Below, piece after piece: positions 41,634 through 51,588 of a stretch of 64,000 nucleotides of DNA. The stretch is from an uncultured Acidimicrobiaceae bacterium. GTDB lineage: Bacteria > Actinomycetota > Acidimicrobiia > Acidimicrobiales > Bog-793. Made by a program: the position numbers and the translations under genes. The stretch is from assembly GCA_963803025.1 (NCBI GenBank), contig CAWDKZ010000009.1:36616-100615 (forward strand). Direction: 5' to 3'. How positions within the stretch are numbered: the first letter of the stretch is position 1; each line of letters begins with the position of its first letter. The notes beneath the pieces are model-generated. The model was not told the DNA's origin, searched no databases, and worked only from the letters and a program-made list of their open reading frames with translations.

Positions 41634-42845
41634 GTGCCCCGCTTCGAACCGTTTCGTGGACTGCGCTACAGCGCGGCCGCGGCGCCCTTCGCTGACCTCA
41701 TCGCACCGCCCTACGACGTCGTCGACGCCGCGGAGCGCAGCCGGCTCGCCGAACGCAGCCCCTACAACGCGATCCACGTCGAGCTCCCCGCGCCCGACGC
41801 GGCCCGTGGCCTCGACCGTTACCGGGTCGCCGCGGCGTTGTTCGAGGCGTGGCGGGCCGAGGGGGTGCTCGTGCGCGACCCGTCACCCTCGCTCTACGTC
41901 TACAAGATGAGCTACCTCGACGACGCCGGTCGGCCGCGCGGAACGACGGGGGTCATCGGCGCCCTCGGCCTCGAGCCCTTCGGCGGCGCCGTCGTGCCGC
42001 ATGAACAGACGATGGCCGCCCCCGGCAGGGACCGCCTCGATCTGCTGCGCGCCTGCCGGGTCAATTGCTCGCCGATCTGGGGGCTCTCGCTCGCCCCGGG
42101 TCTCACGGCGGCCTGTACGGCGGTGATCGAGCGGTCCCGCGAGCACGTGGCGGCGACCGACGACGAGGCGACGGAGCACGAGATGTGGCGCGTCGACGAC
42201 GAATCGGCGCTCCGTTCGATCGCCACCCTCGTCGCCCCCGAGCCGGTCGTCATCGCCGACGGCCACCACCGTCACGAGACGGCGGACCGCTACCGCGCCG
42301 AGTGCCCGGCACGCCACGCGGACACGCCCGACGGCTGCGACTCCATCATGGCGTTCGTCGCCGAGCTCGCCCCGGCCGAGCTCGCGCTACACGCCATCCA
42401 CCGGCTCGTGTCCGGGCTGCCGGACGGCTTCGATCTTCTCGGGGCCCTCGCCCGCTGCTTCCGCCTCGAGCCCGTGACGGCTGACCTGGACGCCCTCACC
42501 GGGCAGATGGCGACCCGGGGCACCGCGGCGCTCGTCACCGCGTGCGGGGCGTGGCTCCTTCTCCCGAGAACAGACGAGCCGGCGCGGCGCGGCGCACCCG
42601 ATTCCCGCCGGGTCGACGCGGCGCTCGCCGCGCTCCCGCCCCACAGGACCGACCACGAGCACGGCACGGGTCGCTGTCTCGACGCCGTGCGGGCTGGACG
42701 CGCCCAGGCCGCCGCGCTCGTGCGGCCGGCGACGGTCGATCAGCTCGCCGAGACGGTGCGCGCGGGCGGGAGAATGCCGCCGAAGTCGACGTATTTCCAC
42801 CCGAAACCCCGCACCGGCTTCGTCTTCCGCCCGCTCGACCGCTGA
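41634..42845 (+). CDS. DUF1015-family protein
   Basis: PFRGLRY, APPYDV, PHEQT, IADGHHR, MPPKSTYFHPKPRTG. Confidence 0.9.
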   Translation: MPRFEPFRGLRYSAAAAPFADLIAPPYDVVDAAERSRLAERSPYNAIHVELPAPDAARGLDRYRVAAALFEAWRAEGVLVRDPSPSLYVYKMSYLDDAGRPRGTTGVIGALGLEPFGGAVVPHEQTMAAPGRDRLDLLRACRVNCSPIWGLSLAPGLTAACTAVIERSREHVAATDDEATEHEMWRVDDESALRSIATLVAPEPVVIADGHHRHETADRYRAECPARHADTPDGCDSIMAFVAELAPAELALHAIHRLVSGLPDGFDLLGALARCFRLEPVTADLDALTGQMATRGTAALVTACGAWLLLPRTDEPARRGAPDSRRVDAALAALPPHRTDHEHGTGRCLDAVRAGRAQAAALVRPATVDQLAETVRAGGRMPPKSTYFHPKPRTGFVFRPLDR

Positions 42846-42867
42846 GGGTCTTGCCGCCGGTCGCCTC

Positions 42868-43890
42868 TCAGGCGACGGTCCAGGTGGTCCCGGATCGCAA
42901 GAGCGCGGCGAGGTCCCCGCCGCCCTTCTGTCGCGCGACCTCGGCGATCTGAGCCTCCAAGAGCGCGCCGTAGTGCGGCCGGGCGATCGCGCGGAACACT
43001 CCGATCGGCGTCGGCTCGAACGGCCCCCGGGCGAGCCGGGAGAGCAGAAAGGCCACCCCCGGGTTCTCCCGGGCCTCGTCGTGGACGAGGAGGGCGTCCT
43101 CGCCGACGTCCGCGACCTCGACAATCTCGAGCGTCCCGTCGCGACGGAGCACGACGCCGTGCTCGCCTTCGGCGCCGAAACGGATCGGCTTGCCGTGCTC
43201 GAGCGGGATGAGCATGTCGGCCCGGGCCTCCTTGCCGCTCACCTTCTCGAAGGCACCGTCGTTGAAGACGTTGCAGTTCTGGTAGATCTCGACGAAGGCA
43301 GAACCCTCGTGCTCGTAGGCCCGCCGGAAGATCTCCATCATGTGCTTGCGGTCGAGGTCGTGGGTCCGCGCGACGAACGAGGCCTCGGCGCCGAGCGCCA
43401 CCGACAACGGGTTGAACGGCGTGTCGAGCGAGCCGAACGGCGACGACTTCGTCACCTTGCCGACCTCCGAGGTCGGCGAGAACTGGCCCTTGGTGAGCCC
43501 GTAGATCTCGTTGTTGAACATGAGGATCGTGAAGTTGACGTTGCGCCGCAGGGCGTGGATGAGGTGGTTGCCGCCGATCGAGAGGGCGTCGCCGTCGCCC
43601 GAGATCACCCAGACGTCGAGGTCCGGGCGACTGAGCGCGAGCCCCGTCGCGATCGCCGGTGCCCGGCCGTGGATCGAGTGCAGGCCGTAGGTGTTCATGT
43701 AGTACGGGAAGCGCGCCGCGCAGCCGATCCCCGAGACGAACACGGTGCTCTCGCGCTTCGCCCCGAGCTCGGGCAGCAAGAACTGCATCGCGGCGAGGAT
43801 CGAGTAATCGCCGCAGCCCGGGCACCACCGCACCTCCTGGTCGCTCGCCCAGTCCTTCCTCGTGGTGGGGGGAGCCGCGGCGTCGGTCAT
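42868..43890 (-). CDS. korB: 2-oxoacid:ferredoxin oxidoreductase subunit beta
   Basis: WCPGCGD, SGIGC, IHGR, GDGDALSIGGNH. Confidence 0.93.
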   Translation of the reverse strand: MTDAAAPPTTRKDWASDQEVRWCPGCGDYSILAAMQFLLPELGAKRESTVFVSGIGCAARFPYYMNTYGLHSIHGRAPAIATGLALSRPDLDVWVISGDGDALSIGGNHLIHALRRNVNFTILMFNNEIYGLTKGQFSPTSEVGKVTKSSPFGSLDTPFNPLSVALGAEASFVARTHDLDRKHMMEIFRRAYEHEGSAFVEIYQNCNVFNDGAFEKVSGKEARADMLIPLEHGKPIRFGAEGEHGVVLRRDGTLEIVEVADVGEDALLVHDEARENPGVAFLLSRLARGPFEPTPIGVFRAIARPHYGALLEAQIAEVARQKGGGDLAALLRSGTTWTVA

Positions 43891-43915
43891 CGGGTGGCCT
43901 CTCGTTCCCTCTCGC

Positions 43916-45844
43916 TCACGCCAGCGCCAGGAGATCGCTGATCGCCCGTTCGACCTCGGCGATGCGGAAAGGCATGCCGCGGACGGCGGACAGCGTCACG
44001 GCGTCGACGAGGAACTGCGCCCGGACGAGCCCGGCGAGCTGGCCGAGATTGTTCTCCGGGACGAGGACCCGGCGATAGCGGCCGAGCACCTCGCCGAGGT
44101 TCGCCGGGAAGGGGTTGACGTGCACGAGGTGGGCCTGGGCGACGCTGCCGTGGCGGGCGCGGATCCGTTTCACCGCTGCGGCGTTCGCCCCGTAGGTCGA
44201 TCCCCAGCCGAGGACGAGGAGCTCCGCCCTGTCGGGGTCGTCGACCTCGACGGGCGGGATGTCCGTCGCGATGCCGGCCACCTTGGCGGCGCGCAGCCGC
44301 ACCATCCGGTCGTGGTTGTCGGGGTCGTAGGAGACGTCGCCGGAGCCGTCGGCCTTCTCGATGCCCCCGAGGCGGTGCTCGAGACCCGGCGTGCCCGGCA
44401 CGGCCCAGGGTCGGGCGAGGGTCGCGGGATCCCTCAGGTAGGGCCAGAACGTCGACACCCCGTCGTCGGTGTGGTTGGGGTGTTGCGCGAACTCGACGCC
44501 GATCTGGGGCAGCTCGGCGACGTCTGGGACCCGCCAGGGCTCGGAGCCGTTGGCCAGGTAGCCGTCGGAGAGCAGGAACACCGGCGTGCGGTACTTGAGG
44601 GCGATCCGTGCCGCCTCGATCGCCGCCTCGAAGCAGTGACCGGGGGTGCGTGCCGCGACGACCGGCACGGGCGCCTCGCCGTGGCGGCCGTGCATCGCGA
44701 GCAGCAGGTCGCTCTGTTCGGTCTTGGTCGGCAGTCCCGTCGAGGGTCCGCCGCGTTGCACGTCGACGATGACGAGCGGCAGCTCCAGTGAGACGGCGAG
44801 ACCGATCGTCTCGCTCATGAGGTCGATCCCCGGCCCGCTCGTCGTCGTCACGCCGAGCGAGCCGCCGAAGGACGCGCCGAGGGCCGCGCCGGCCCCGGCG
44901 ATCTCGTCCTCGGCCTGGAAGGTGACGATGCCGAAGTGCTTCTGCTTGGCGAGCTCGTGCAGGAGCTCCGAAGCGGGCGTGATCGGGTAGGCGCCGAGGA
45001 AGAGCCGGAGCCCCGACAGCTGCGAGGCGGCGACGAGCCCCCAGGCGAGCGCGGTGTTGCCGGTGATGTTCGTGTACTCGCCGGGGCCGAGCTCGGAGGC
45101 GGGGACCCGGTAGGACGAGTCGAACAGCTCGGCCGTCTCACCGAAGTTGTAGCCGGCCTTGAACGCCAGCGTGTTCGCCTCGACGACGAGTGGTTTGGCC
45201 CCGTAACGGGCGACGATCCACTCGAGCGTCGTGCCGGTCGGCCGGTTGTAGAGCCACGAGATGATCCCGAGGGCGAAGAAGTTCTTGCTCCGCTCGGCGT
45301 CACGGCGCTTGGCGTTGGTCGGCTCGCAGGCCTTCAGGGTGAGCGAGGTCATCGGGATCTCGTAGACGCGGAACCCCGAGAGGCTCCTGTCGGCGAGCGG
45401 GTTCGAGACGTACCCCGCCTTCTCGAGCGAGCGCTCGTCGAAGGCGTCGGAGTTGACGATCAACGTGCCGCCCTTGGCGAGGTCGGCGATGTTCGTCCGC
45501 AACGCCGCCGGGTTCATCGCCACGAGCACGTTCGGCTCGTCGCCCGGCGTCAAGATGTCGTAGGCGGCGATCTGCACCTGGAAGGCGGACACCCCGGGCA
45601 GCGTGCCGGCGGGGGCGCGGATCTCGGCCGGGAAGTCAGGGAGGGTCGCGAGGTCGTTGCCGAACACGGCGCTCTCGGCCGTGAACCGGTCACCGGTCAC
45701 CTGCATGCCGTCGCCCGAGTCCCCGGCGAACCGGATGACGACACTCTCCAGCGTGCGGACTTTGTGTCCGCCCGGGTGGCCGACGGTGTCGCTCAAAGCG
45801 GTGTGCCTGTCTTCACGGATCAGGCCACCATCGTACTGGCGCAC
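43916..45844 (-). CDS. korA: 2-oxoacid:ferredoxin oxidoreductase subunit alpha (start uncertain)
   Basis: FAGDSGDGMQ, YPITPAS, QAEDEI, TSGPG, QRGGPSTGLPT. Confidence 0.93.
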   Translation of the reverse strand: MRQYDGGLIREDRHTALSDTVGHPGGHKVRTLESVVIRFAGDSGDGMQVTGDRFTAESAVFGNDLATLPDFPAEIRAPAGTLPGVSAFQVQIAAYDILTPGDEPNVLVAMNPAALRTNIADLAKGGTLIVNSDAFDERSLEKAGYVSNPLADRSLSGFRVYEIPMTSLTLKACEPTNAKRRDAERSKNFFALGIISWLYNRPTGTTLEWIVARYGAKPLVVEANTLAFKAGYNFGETAELFDSSYRVPASELGPGEYTNITGNTALAWGLVAASQLSGLRLFLGAYPITPASELLHELAKQKHFGIVTFQAEDEIAGAGAALGASFGGSLGVTTTSGPGIDLMSETIGLAVSLELPLVIVDVQRGGPSTGLPTKTEQSDLLLAMHGRHGEAPVPVVAARTPGHCFEAAIEAARIALKYRTPVFLLSDGYLANGSEPWRVPDVAELPQIGVEFAQHPNHTDDGVSTFWPYLRDPATLARPWAVPGTPGLEHRLGGIEKADGSGDVSYDPDNHDRMVRLRAAKVAGIATDIPPVEVDDPDRAELLVLGWGSTYGANAAAVKRIRARHGSVAQAHLVHVNPFPANLGEVLGRYRRVLVPENNLGQLAGLVRAQFLVDAVTLSAVRGMPFRIAEVERAISDLLALA

Positions 45845-45936
45845 CCGAACTATCCCGGTTCACACCCCGCGCTCAGGCGAGCGTGACCGACCCGTCCAGA
45901 TAGACGTCCTGGACGGCGGCGTCTCTCGACCGGCTG

Positions 45937-47472
45937 TCAGCGCAGACCGGCCAACCGCTCGGCCGCGTCAGAGAGCTCGGGTTCGGCCGCCACCACCCGG
46001 GCGAAGAGCTCGCGGGCGCGCGGGATGTCGCCGCTGCGCTCGTGGAGGTCGGCGAGCATGTACCACTGCCGCACGTGGCGCTCGTGCGGCCGGCGGACGT
46101 GCCGCGAGGCGGCAGGCCCGAGCAACGCGATCGCCTCCTTGACCCGACCGCGATCGGCGAGCGATCCCGCCATGACGAGGCGCCCCTCGGCGAGGACGTC
46201 GCTGCCGGCCCCCGCCCGGCACAGCTCGGACCAGATCTCGGCCACCCGATCGTGACGGCCGAGGGCGCGCTCGCAGTCGGCGAGCACCGGGTGCTGGTCG
46301 AACGAACCGGTCAGGTCGGCGAACGCCCGTAGTTCCCGCAGCGCCCCTTTCCAGTTGCCGAGCCGGTAGAGCGTGAGACCGTAGAGCTCGCGGACCGCCG
46401 CGACCCCGGGGGCCGTCCGGGCGAGCTCGCGCAGGATCGACTGCGCGTCGTAGTAGCGGTCCCGCTCGTAGGCCCGGGCGGCGTCGGCGAGTCGGGCCTC
46501 GAGATGCGCCGCGAGCTTGCTCGCGGCGAACGAGGAGAGCTCCTCCTTGACGGCGTCGGGGACGACACGGCCGCGCGGACGCGGCGCGCGCTTCCTCACC
46601 GCAGCCGAGGCGCCCGCGACCCTCGCCGGGCGTGCCACACGCTCCGGCGGAACCGGGCCTGCGAGGCGCCGTCGTGACGGGGCGGCAACCACTCGGCCGG
46701 AACCCGTGTCGCGCTGGGGCGCGTCACGCCCGGCGGAGCGCGACCCACGTCGTCCGCGATCACGTTGCGGATCCCGGCGAACCCCGACCGCGCCACGACG
46801 GGCCACGCCCCCCCAGCCGGCCCGACCGGCCCGGCGGAAGTCGTCACGCGCGCGATCCCGCGGGGCCGGCACGCCGGGGTGCGCCCGCGGGGTCGCCCGA
46901 GCCGCGCCGGTGCCGTCGGCCGTCGACCGCCGGGGTGGGCGCCCGTCGCCGCGCGCCAGAGGTCCGGCACGGCGCGCCAGGGCGGCGGCGCCGACGCCGC
47001 GCCGCGCAGCTCGGCCCGACACACCGGTCGCGGCCGCGCCGGCCTCGCGGTCGCGACTCCGCGCCCGACCCGCGGTCCGGACGGCCGTGGGTCGGGGCCG
47101 AGGGCGCGACGCCGAAGACGGCCGCGCCGACCCCGCATCCGATCCCGCCGGGCGCGGGTTGCGCGCCCGGAACTCCCCGACGCGTGGCGACTCGCCGCGC
47201 TGACGTGCGCCGACAACGCGCGCAGGCGCGCCACGCCGTTCGCTGTCCCGCCCGCGTCGCTCGCCACCGAACCCGGCCGCGCCCGTCCGGGAAAAGCCGG
47301 CGCGCCCGTGGTTCGTCCGCGGCGCGGACGGGGCCCGCCGCCCGCTCGCTCCCGGCGCGAGGGAAGCCGAGCCACGACCGGTGGCATGCAGCGGGTTGCG
47401 CCGAGCCGACGCCGAACCCGCCGGGCGACGCTGGCGCGCCGAAGAACTCCGGGAAGAAGGGGACTCAGCCAC
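45937..47472 (-). CDS. TPR-like protein with long Arg/Gly-rich disordered N-terminus
   Basis: C-terminal ELYGLTLYRLGNWK, ADCERALGR, YMLADLHERSGD repeats. Confidence 0.7.
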   Translation of the reverse strand: MAESPSSRSSSARQRRPAGSASARRNPLHATGRGSASLAPGASGRRAPSAPRTNHGRAGFSRTGAAGFGGERRGRDSERRGAPARVVGARQRGESPRVGEFRARNPRPAGSDAGSARPSSASRPRPRPTAVRTAGRARSRDREAGAAATGVSGRAARRGVGAAALARRAGPLARGDGRPPRRSTADGTGAARATPRAHPGVPAPRDRARDDFRRAGRAGWGGVARRGAVGVRRDPQRDRGRRGSRSAGRDAPQRDTGSGRVVAAPSRRRLAGPVPPERVARPARVAGASAAVRKRAPRPRGRVVPDAVKEELSSFAASKLAAHLEARLADAARAYERDRYYDAQSILRELARTAPGVAAVRELYGLTLYRLGNWKGALRELRAFADLTGSFDQHPVLADCERALGRHDRVAEIWSELCRAGAGSDVLAEGRLVMAGSLADRGRVKEAIALLGPAASRHVRRPHERHVRQWYMLADLHERSGDIPRARELFARVVAAEPELSDAAERLAGLR

Positions 47473-47550
47473 GGCTCGACGCTACTCGGCCCTCGGCGGG
47501 CGGCCGGTTCCGCTGACGGGCGCGGGGTGGACCGTCCGGCGAGCGAGCGC

Positions 47551-49866
47551 CTACGGAACCCGCACGATCGGCGTGCGCGGCGACCACGGCAGGTGACCGA
47601 GCGGCAGCGCCTTCGCCTTCGGGGCGGGAGGACGCGCACTCGTCGTCACGACCATGGTGAGGCGGGAGCCACCGACGACGATCTCGTCGTAGCGCGCGCC
47701 GTGCCGCCGGCGTCTCGCCGGAGCCAACCTCTCGTCGCTCTCGAGCAGCCAGAGCCAGCGGTAGGTGGGGTCGTTCTCGCCGACGTTCTCGACGAAGGCG
47801 CCGGCGCGCCCCAGCACGAGGAACCGCGTCAGCACCCCGGAGAGGTCGCCGACATCACGTTCGACGGTCACCAGTCCAAATGGCTCGGCCTGACCCCGCG
47901 CCGCGATGGCGATGCCGTCGCGCTCGCGTCCGGCCCGCGCGCACGCCGCGGCCGTCGAGTCGCAGGCGACGGACCGCCAGCCGAGCCGCCCGATGAAATG
48001 CGCGCACTGCGAGAAGGCCTGCGGGTGGCTGTAGATCACAGGCGAAGGGCCCAACGCCTGCAAGTCGTCGCCGACGGCGTAGGCGTCGAACCGGATCGAG
48101 ACGTCGATGACGCCACCGGCGACAAGCCGCCGGCTGCGCAGCAGCCCCGCCGCCGCCAGCTCCACGAGACCCGACGACGAGTTGACGATCGGTAGCACCC
48201 CGAGCCCGGCGCCGCCACCGACGACGGATCCGATCACGTCGTCGAAGCCCTCGCACGGCACGAGCCTGGCAGCGGGCCTCCCGACGAGCTCGGCCGCCTG
48301 GCGGGCGGCGATCTCCGAGAAGGTGCCGACCGGCCCGAGGAAGGCGACCGCGTCGACGTCGTCGTCGACGAGGGGCGCGACGATCCCGGCGGGCCAGCCG
48401 TAGGCCTCGTCGACGCGCGCCGCGACGTGCTGCGCGACCTCGGTCGGGTCCCTGTCCGCGCGAACCGAGATCCGCACGACGACCTCCCGCTGGCCCAGCC
48501 GCACCGCCTCGGCGACGAGCGAGGCGGCATCGACCGCCTCGAGCGAGCGACAGACCGCGGCGACCGCCGACCCGGCGATCGACTCAGGCACGAGCACGCG
48601 CACGTCCACCGCAACCCGGCCGAGCCATTCGGCGAGGACCCGATCGAGCTCCGAAGTCGGCACGATGCTCACGTGCGCGAACCCGAAGCGGACGACGCGC
48701 CGTCTCGCGGCGACCGAGACCCCGAGGCGCCCCGCGTTCGCCAACCCCGCGCCGTCAGCGAGCACGGCGTGGCCCTTGGCGCCGACGAGGAGCTCCTCGA
48801 CGGTGACCGTGGTCGGTGTGAGTTCCTTGATCCGGCCGACGACGAGCCGGGGCGGCTTGCCGGCACCGTGGTGCTCGAGGGCGATGACGTCGTCGGCGCG
48901 GCGTTGGCTGGCCAACTGCGTGCGTGTCACCTGCGTCGCTTCCACCGCCAGGTTCGAGGCCTGCTGCAGCGTCGTGAAGAACGTGCCGCCGAACGCTTCG
49001 CGGGTCGACGCGATGTACGAGATGATGCTCTGCGCGTCGTCGGTCCGCACGGCGGAACGCAGCCGGTCCTGGGCGAGGTCGAACTCGGCCGCGACGCGGG
49101 CGCCGTCGGTCGTGAGCTCGATCGAGGCGGTCGTCTCCTCCTGGCCGGGGGAAAGGACCCGGGCTGCCAGCCCGAGCAGCGTCTCAAAAACCGGGGTGCG
49201 CAGCTTCCACAGCTCGCCCTCGATGTCGTGTCCCGAAGTGGCGATGACATCGGCGAAGGCGAGCAGCGCCTGGTGCGACGCCGCTTGCACGTACGCCATG
49301 ACCCGGTCGTGCTGTTCGGGGCTGGCGAGCTCGACGATGCCACCCGTCGCCGCGATGAGATCGACGAGCCATGCGTGGGCCGCTGGCGCCGCGCTCGACG
49401 GGCAAACGACGACCGTCTGACCGTCCATCGACTTCACGGTGGGACCGAACAGCGGATGGATGCCGAAGACGGAGACGTCGTGCCGGACGGCACGGAGCGT
49501 CGCGAGCGCGGACACCTTCGCCGACGAGGTGTCGAACACGATCGAGTCGGCGTGGAGGACGGGGAGGAGATAGGTGGCGACACGCGGGAGCTCGGACTGC
49601 GGGATGGCGAGACAGACGCGCGCGGACTCGGCCGAGAGGTCGATCACCGTTCCGGACTCCTCGACGGCCTCGGCCCCGGCCTCGTAGTGCACCACCCCGG
49701 TACGGCACGCACAGCGAAAGCCGAAGTCAACCGCGAAGATCCCCGGATCACGGTCGAGCAACACCACGTGGTCCCAGTCGGCGGCGGCGAACAGGTGACG
49801 ACAGAGCCAGCGGCCCATCCCGCCGGCCGCGCCCACGACGATCAGCACCGGCTTGCCCGAGTTCAT
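47551..49866 (-). CDS. Prephenate dehydrogenase - extra domains - prephenate dehydratase fusion
   Basis: TyrA: GAAGGMG, DTSSAK, HPLFGP, HDRVMAYVQAASH. PDT: FLGPVGTFSE, LPIVNS, SHPQAFSQC, STAAA, TRF. Confidence 0.88.
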   Translation of the reverse strand: MNSGKPVLIVVGAAGGMGRWLCRHLFAAADWDHVVLLDRDPGIFAVDFGFRCACRTGVVHYEAGAEAVEESGTVIDLSAESARVCLAIPQSELPRVATYLLPVLHADSIVFDTSSAKVSALATLRAVRHDVSVFGIHPLFGPTVKSMDGQTVVVCPSSAAPAAHAWLVDLIAATGGIVELASPEQHDRVMAYVQAASHQALLAFADVIATSGHDIEGELWKLRTPVFETLLGLAARVLSPGQEETTASIELTTDGARVAAEFDLAQDRLRSAVRTDDAQSIISYIASTREAFGGTFFTTLQQASNLAVEATQVTRTQLASQRRADDVIALEHHGAGKPPRLVVGRIKELTPTTVTVEELLVGAKGHAVLADGAGLANAGRLGVSVAARRRVVRFGFAHVSIVPTSELDRVLAEWLGRVAVDVRVLVPESIAGSAVAAVCRSLEAVDAASLVAEAVRLGQREVVVRISVRADRDPTEVAQHVAARVDEAYGWPAGIVAPLVDDDVDAVAFLGPVGTFSEIAARQAAELVGRPAARLVPCEGFDDVIGSVVGGGAGLGVLPIVNSSSGLVELAAAGLLRSRRLVAGGVIDVSIRFDAYAVGDDLQALGPSPVIYSHPQAFSQCAHFIGRLGWRSVACDSTAAACARAGRERDGIAIAARGQAEPFGLVTVERDVGDLSGVLTRFLVLGRAGAFVENVGENDPTYRWLWLLESDERLAPARRRRHGARYDEIVVGGSRLTMVVTTSARPPAPKAKALPLGHLPWSPRTPIVRVP

Positions 49867-50747
49867 GTCTTCTCCGGCTTGGTCGCCCTCGAGTTCTCGC
49901 TCCACCGCGATTGCGTCGCCGGCAACCGGTCGAGCAGCTCGCTCACGCTCTCGAGCGTCGCCGTGAGCAGCACACGCCGATACGCCGGCGCGCTCGCCGC
50001 GTCGTCGGCGCAACGCAGGCTGAAGCCGCCGGTCGAGACCCTGCCGATCACCGGTCGGATCGACCTTCTCTCCACGCCAGCCACGTCCGTCGTCTCGACA
50101 TCGCGCACGTAGCGCAGTGGCACGAGGGCGCGCGGCCCGATGAGCTCCTTGTTGAAGTCCGGCCGGCAGAGTCGCGCCGACGACCTGTTGTCATGATCCG
50201 TCCACCAGTGGGCCACGCCGGCCACAACTGGCGACATCTCGCCCGGGGAGATATGGACCCCGCCGAAAAGCGCCCCGGGCGAACCGGCCTGGTCGAGTGC
50301 GACGTGGATCGACGGCCGGGTCAGCTCCGGTGTCGAACTCTCCAGCCCGAGGGCGCGGATGAACGCGTCGATCCGTTCGTGCTCCAGTGGCAGGGAACCG
50401 AAGCGCGCGTCGAAGTGGGGGGAGACCTCCTCGATCGCCTCCCGCAAGAGCACGAGAGGAGAGAAGGCCGGGTCTTGGACAAGTCCCGAGAGGACGTTGA
50501 GGGTCGCGTCGATCCGGTCCGCGTGGTCCGGTCGACTGGCGAGGCCCGTAAGGTTGAGCAGCTTGACGACGGGCTTGCCGGCCTTGATCTGGACGGCGAG
50601 GCTCGCGGCACACAACGCGCGCAGCTCGTCGACGAGACCTTCCACGTCTCGGCGCGGCGTCGCCGACATGACCTCGACGCAGATCGGCGCGTCGCAGGGG
50701 AGATCCGGGTAGTCGACCGGAGCACCGGCGACCGATTGAAGGCGCAT
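49863..50747 (-). CDS. Hypothetical protein resembling a degenerate class II DAHP synthase
   Basis: GGAG RBS; ATGA overlap with next gene; segments KPVVKLLNLTG, ATLNVLSGL, ARFGSL..ERIDAFIRALG resemble class II DAHPS by eye. Confidence 0.6.
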   Translation of the reverse strand: MRLQSVAGAPVDYPDLPCDAPICVEVMSATPRRDVEGLVDELRALCAASLAVQIKAGKPVVKLLNLTGLASRPDHADRIDATLNVLSGLVQDPAFSPLVLLREAIEEVSPHFDARFGSLPLEHERIDAFIRALGLESSTPELTRPSIHVALDQAGSPGALFGGVHISPGEMSPVVAGVAHWWTDHDNRSSARLCRPDFNKELIGPRALVPLRYVRDVETTDVAGVERRSIRPVIGRVSTGGFSLRCADDAASAPAYRRVLLTATLESVSELLDRLPATQSRWSENSRATKPEKT

Positions 50748-50781
50748 GCTCTGGACTCCAACCTTGGCGAAATTGTCTGGA

Positions 50782-51588
50782 CTACGCGACCCCCGAACCC
50801 CGTAGCGACCGCACCAGTGTACGAACACCTTCCAATCGGCGCCGACTGTCCCTTTCTTCGCCGACGATCGCGACGATCGCGCTGCCCACGACGATCCCGT
50901 CCGCGACGCCGTTCAGCGCCGCGACGTGCTCCGGCCGCGAGATGCCGAAACCCACGACCACGGGGACATCGCTCTCCGATCGCAGGACGCCGATGTCCGC
51001 GATGAGCCCCGGCGGCAGGTTCGACCGGACACCCGTCACGCCGTCGACCGCGGTGAGATAGAGGAAAGCCGTGGCGGCCTCGCTCGCCTGACGGCGTCGC
51101 GCCGGGGTCGTGCCCGTCGCCACGAGGAAGACCGTGCCGATGCCGTTGCGCCGCGCGCAATCGTCGATGCCCGCACTCGCCTCGGGAAGAAGGTCCGGGA
51201 TGATCACGGCGTCGACGCCGCGGTCGCGACAGGCCGCGAAGAACGCCTCCTCCCCCATCGCGAGGATCGGGTTGAGGTAGCCCATCAGCACGAGCGGGGT
51301 CTCCGTCGTGCTCCGCAGCGACCCCGCCGCGTCGAGCACGTCGCGCAGCCGCGTCCCGCTCGCCAGGGCGCGCTCCGCGGCACGCTGGATGACCGGCCCG
51401 TCGGCGAGCGGGTCCGAGAAGGGAATCCCGAGCTCGACGATGTCGGCCCCGCCCGCGATGCAGGCGCGCGCGAGACGCTCCGATTCGGCGAGATCAGGAT
51501 CGCCGGCCATGACGTAGGTGACGAGGGCGCTGCGGCCCTCCGCCGCGGTCGCGGCGAAGACCCCCGCCAGTCGCGCAGGCCCGTTCAT
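50782..51588 (-). CDS. trpA: Tryptophan synthase alpha
   Basis: [31 protein letters not shown]. Confidence 0.97.
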   Translation of the reverse strand: MNGPARLAGVFAATAAEGRSALVTYVMAGDPDLAESERLARACIAGGADIVELGIPFSDPLADGPVIQRAAERALASGTRLRDVLDAAGSLRSTTETPLVLMGYLNPILAMGEEAFFAACRDRGVDAVIIPDLLPEASAGIDDCARRNGIGTVFLVATGTTPARRRQASEAATAFLYLTAVDGVTGVRSNLPPGLIADIGVLRSESDVPVVVGFGISRPEHVAALNGVADGIVVGSAIVAIVGEERDSRRRLEGVRTLVRSLRGSGVA

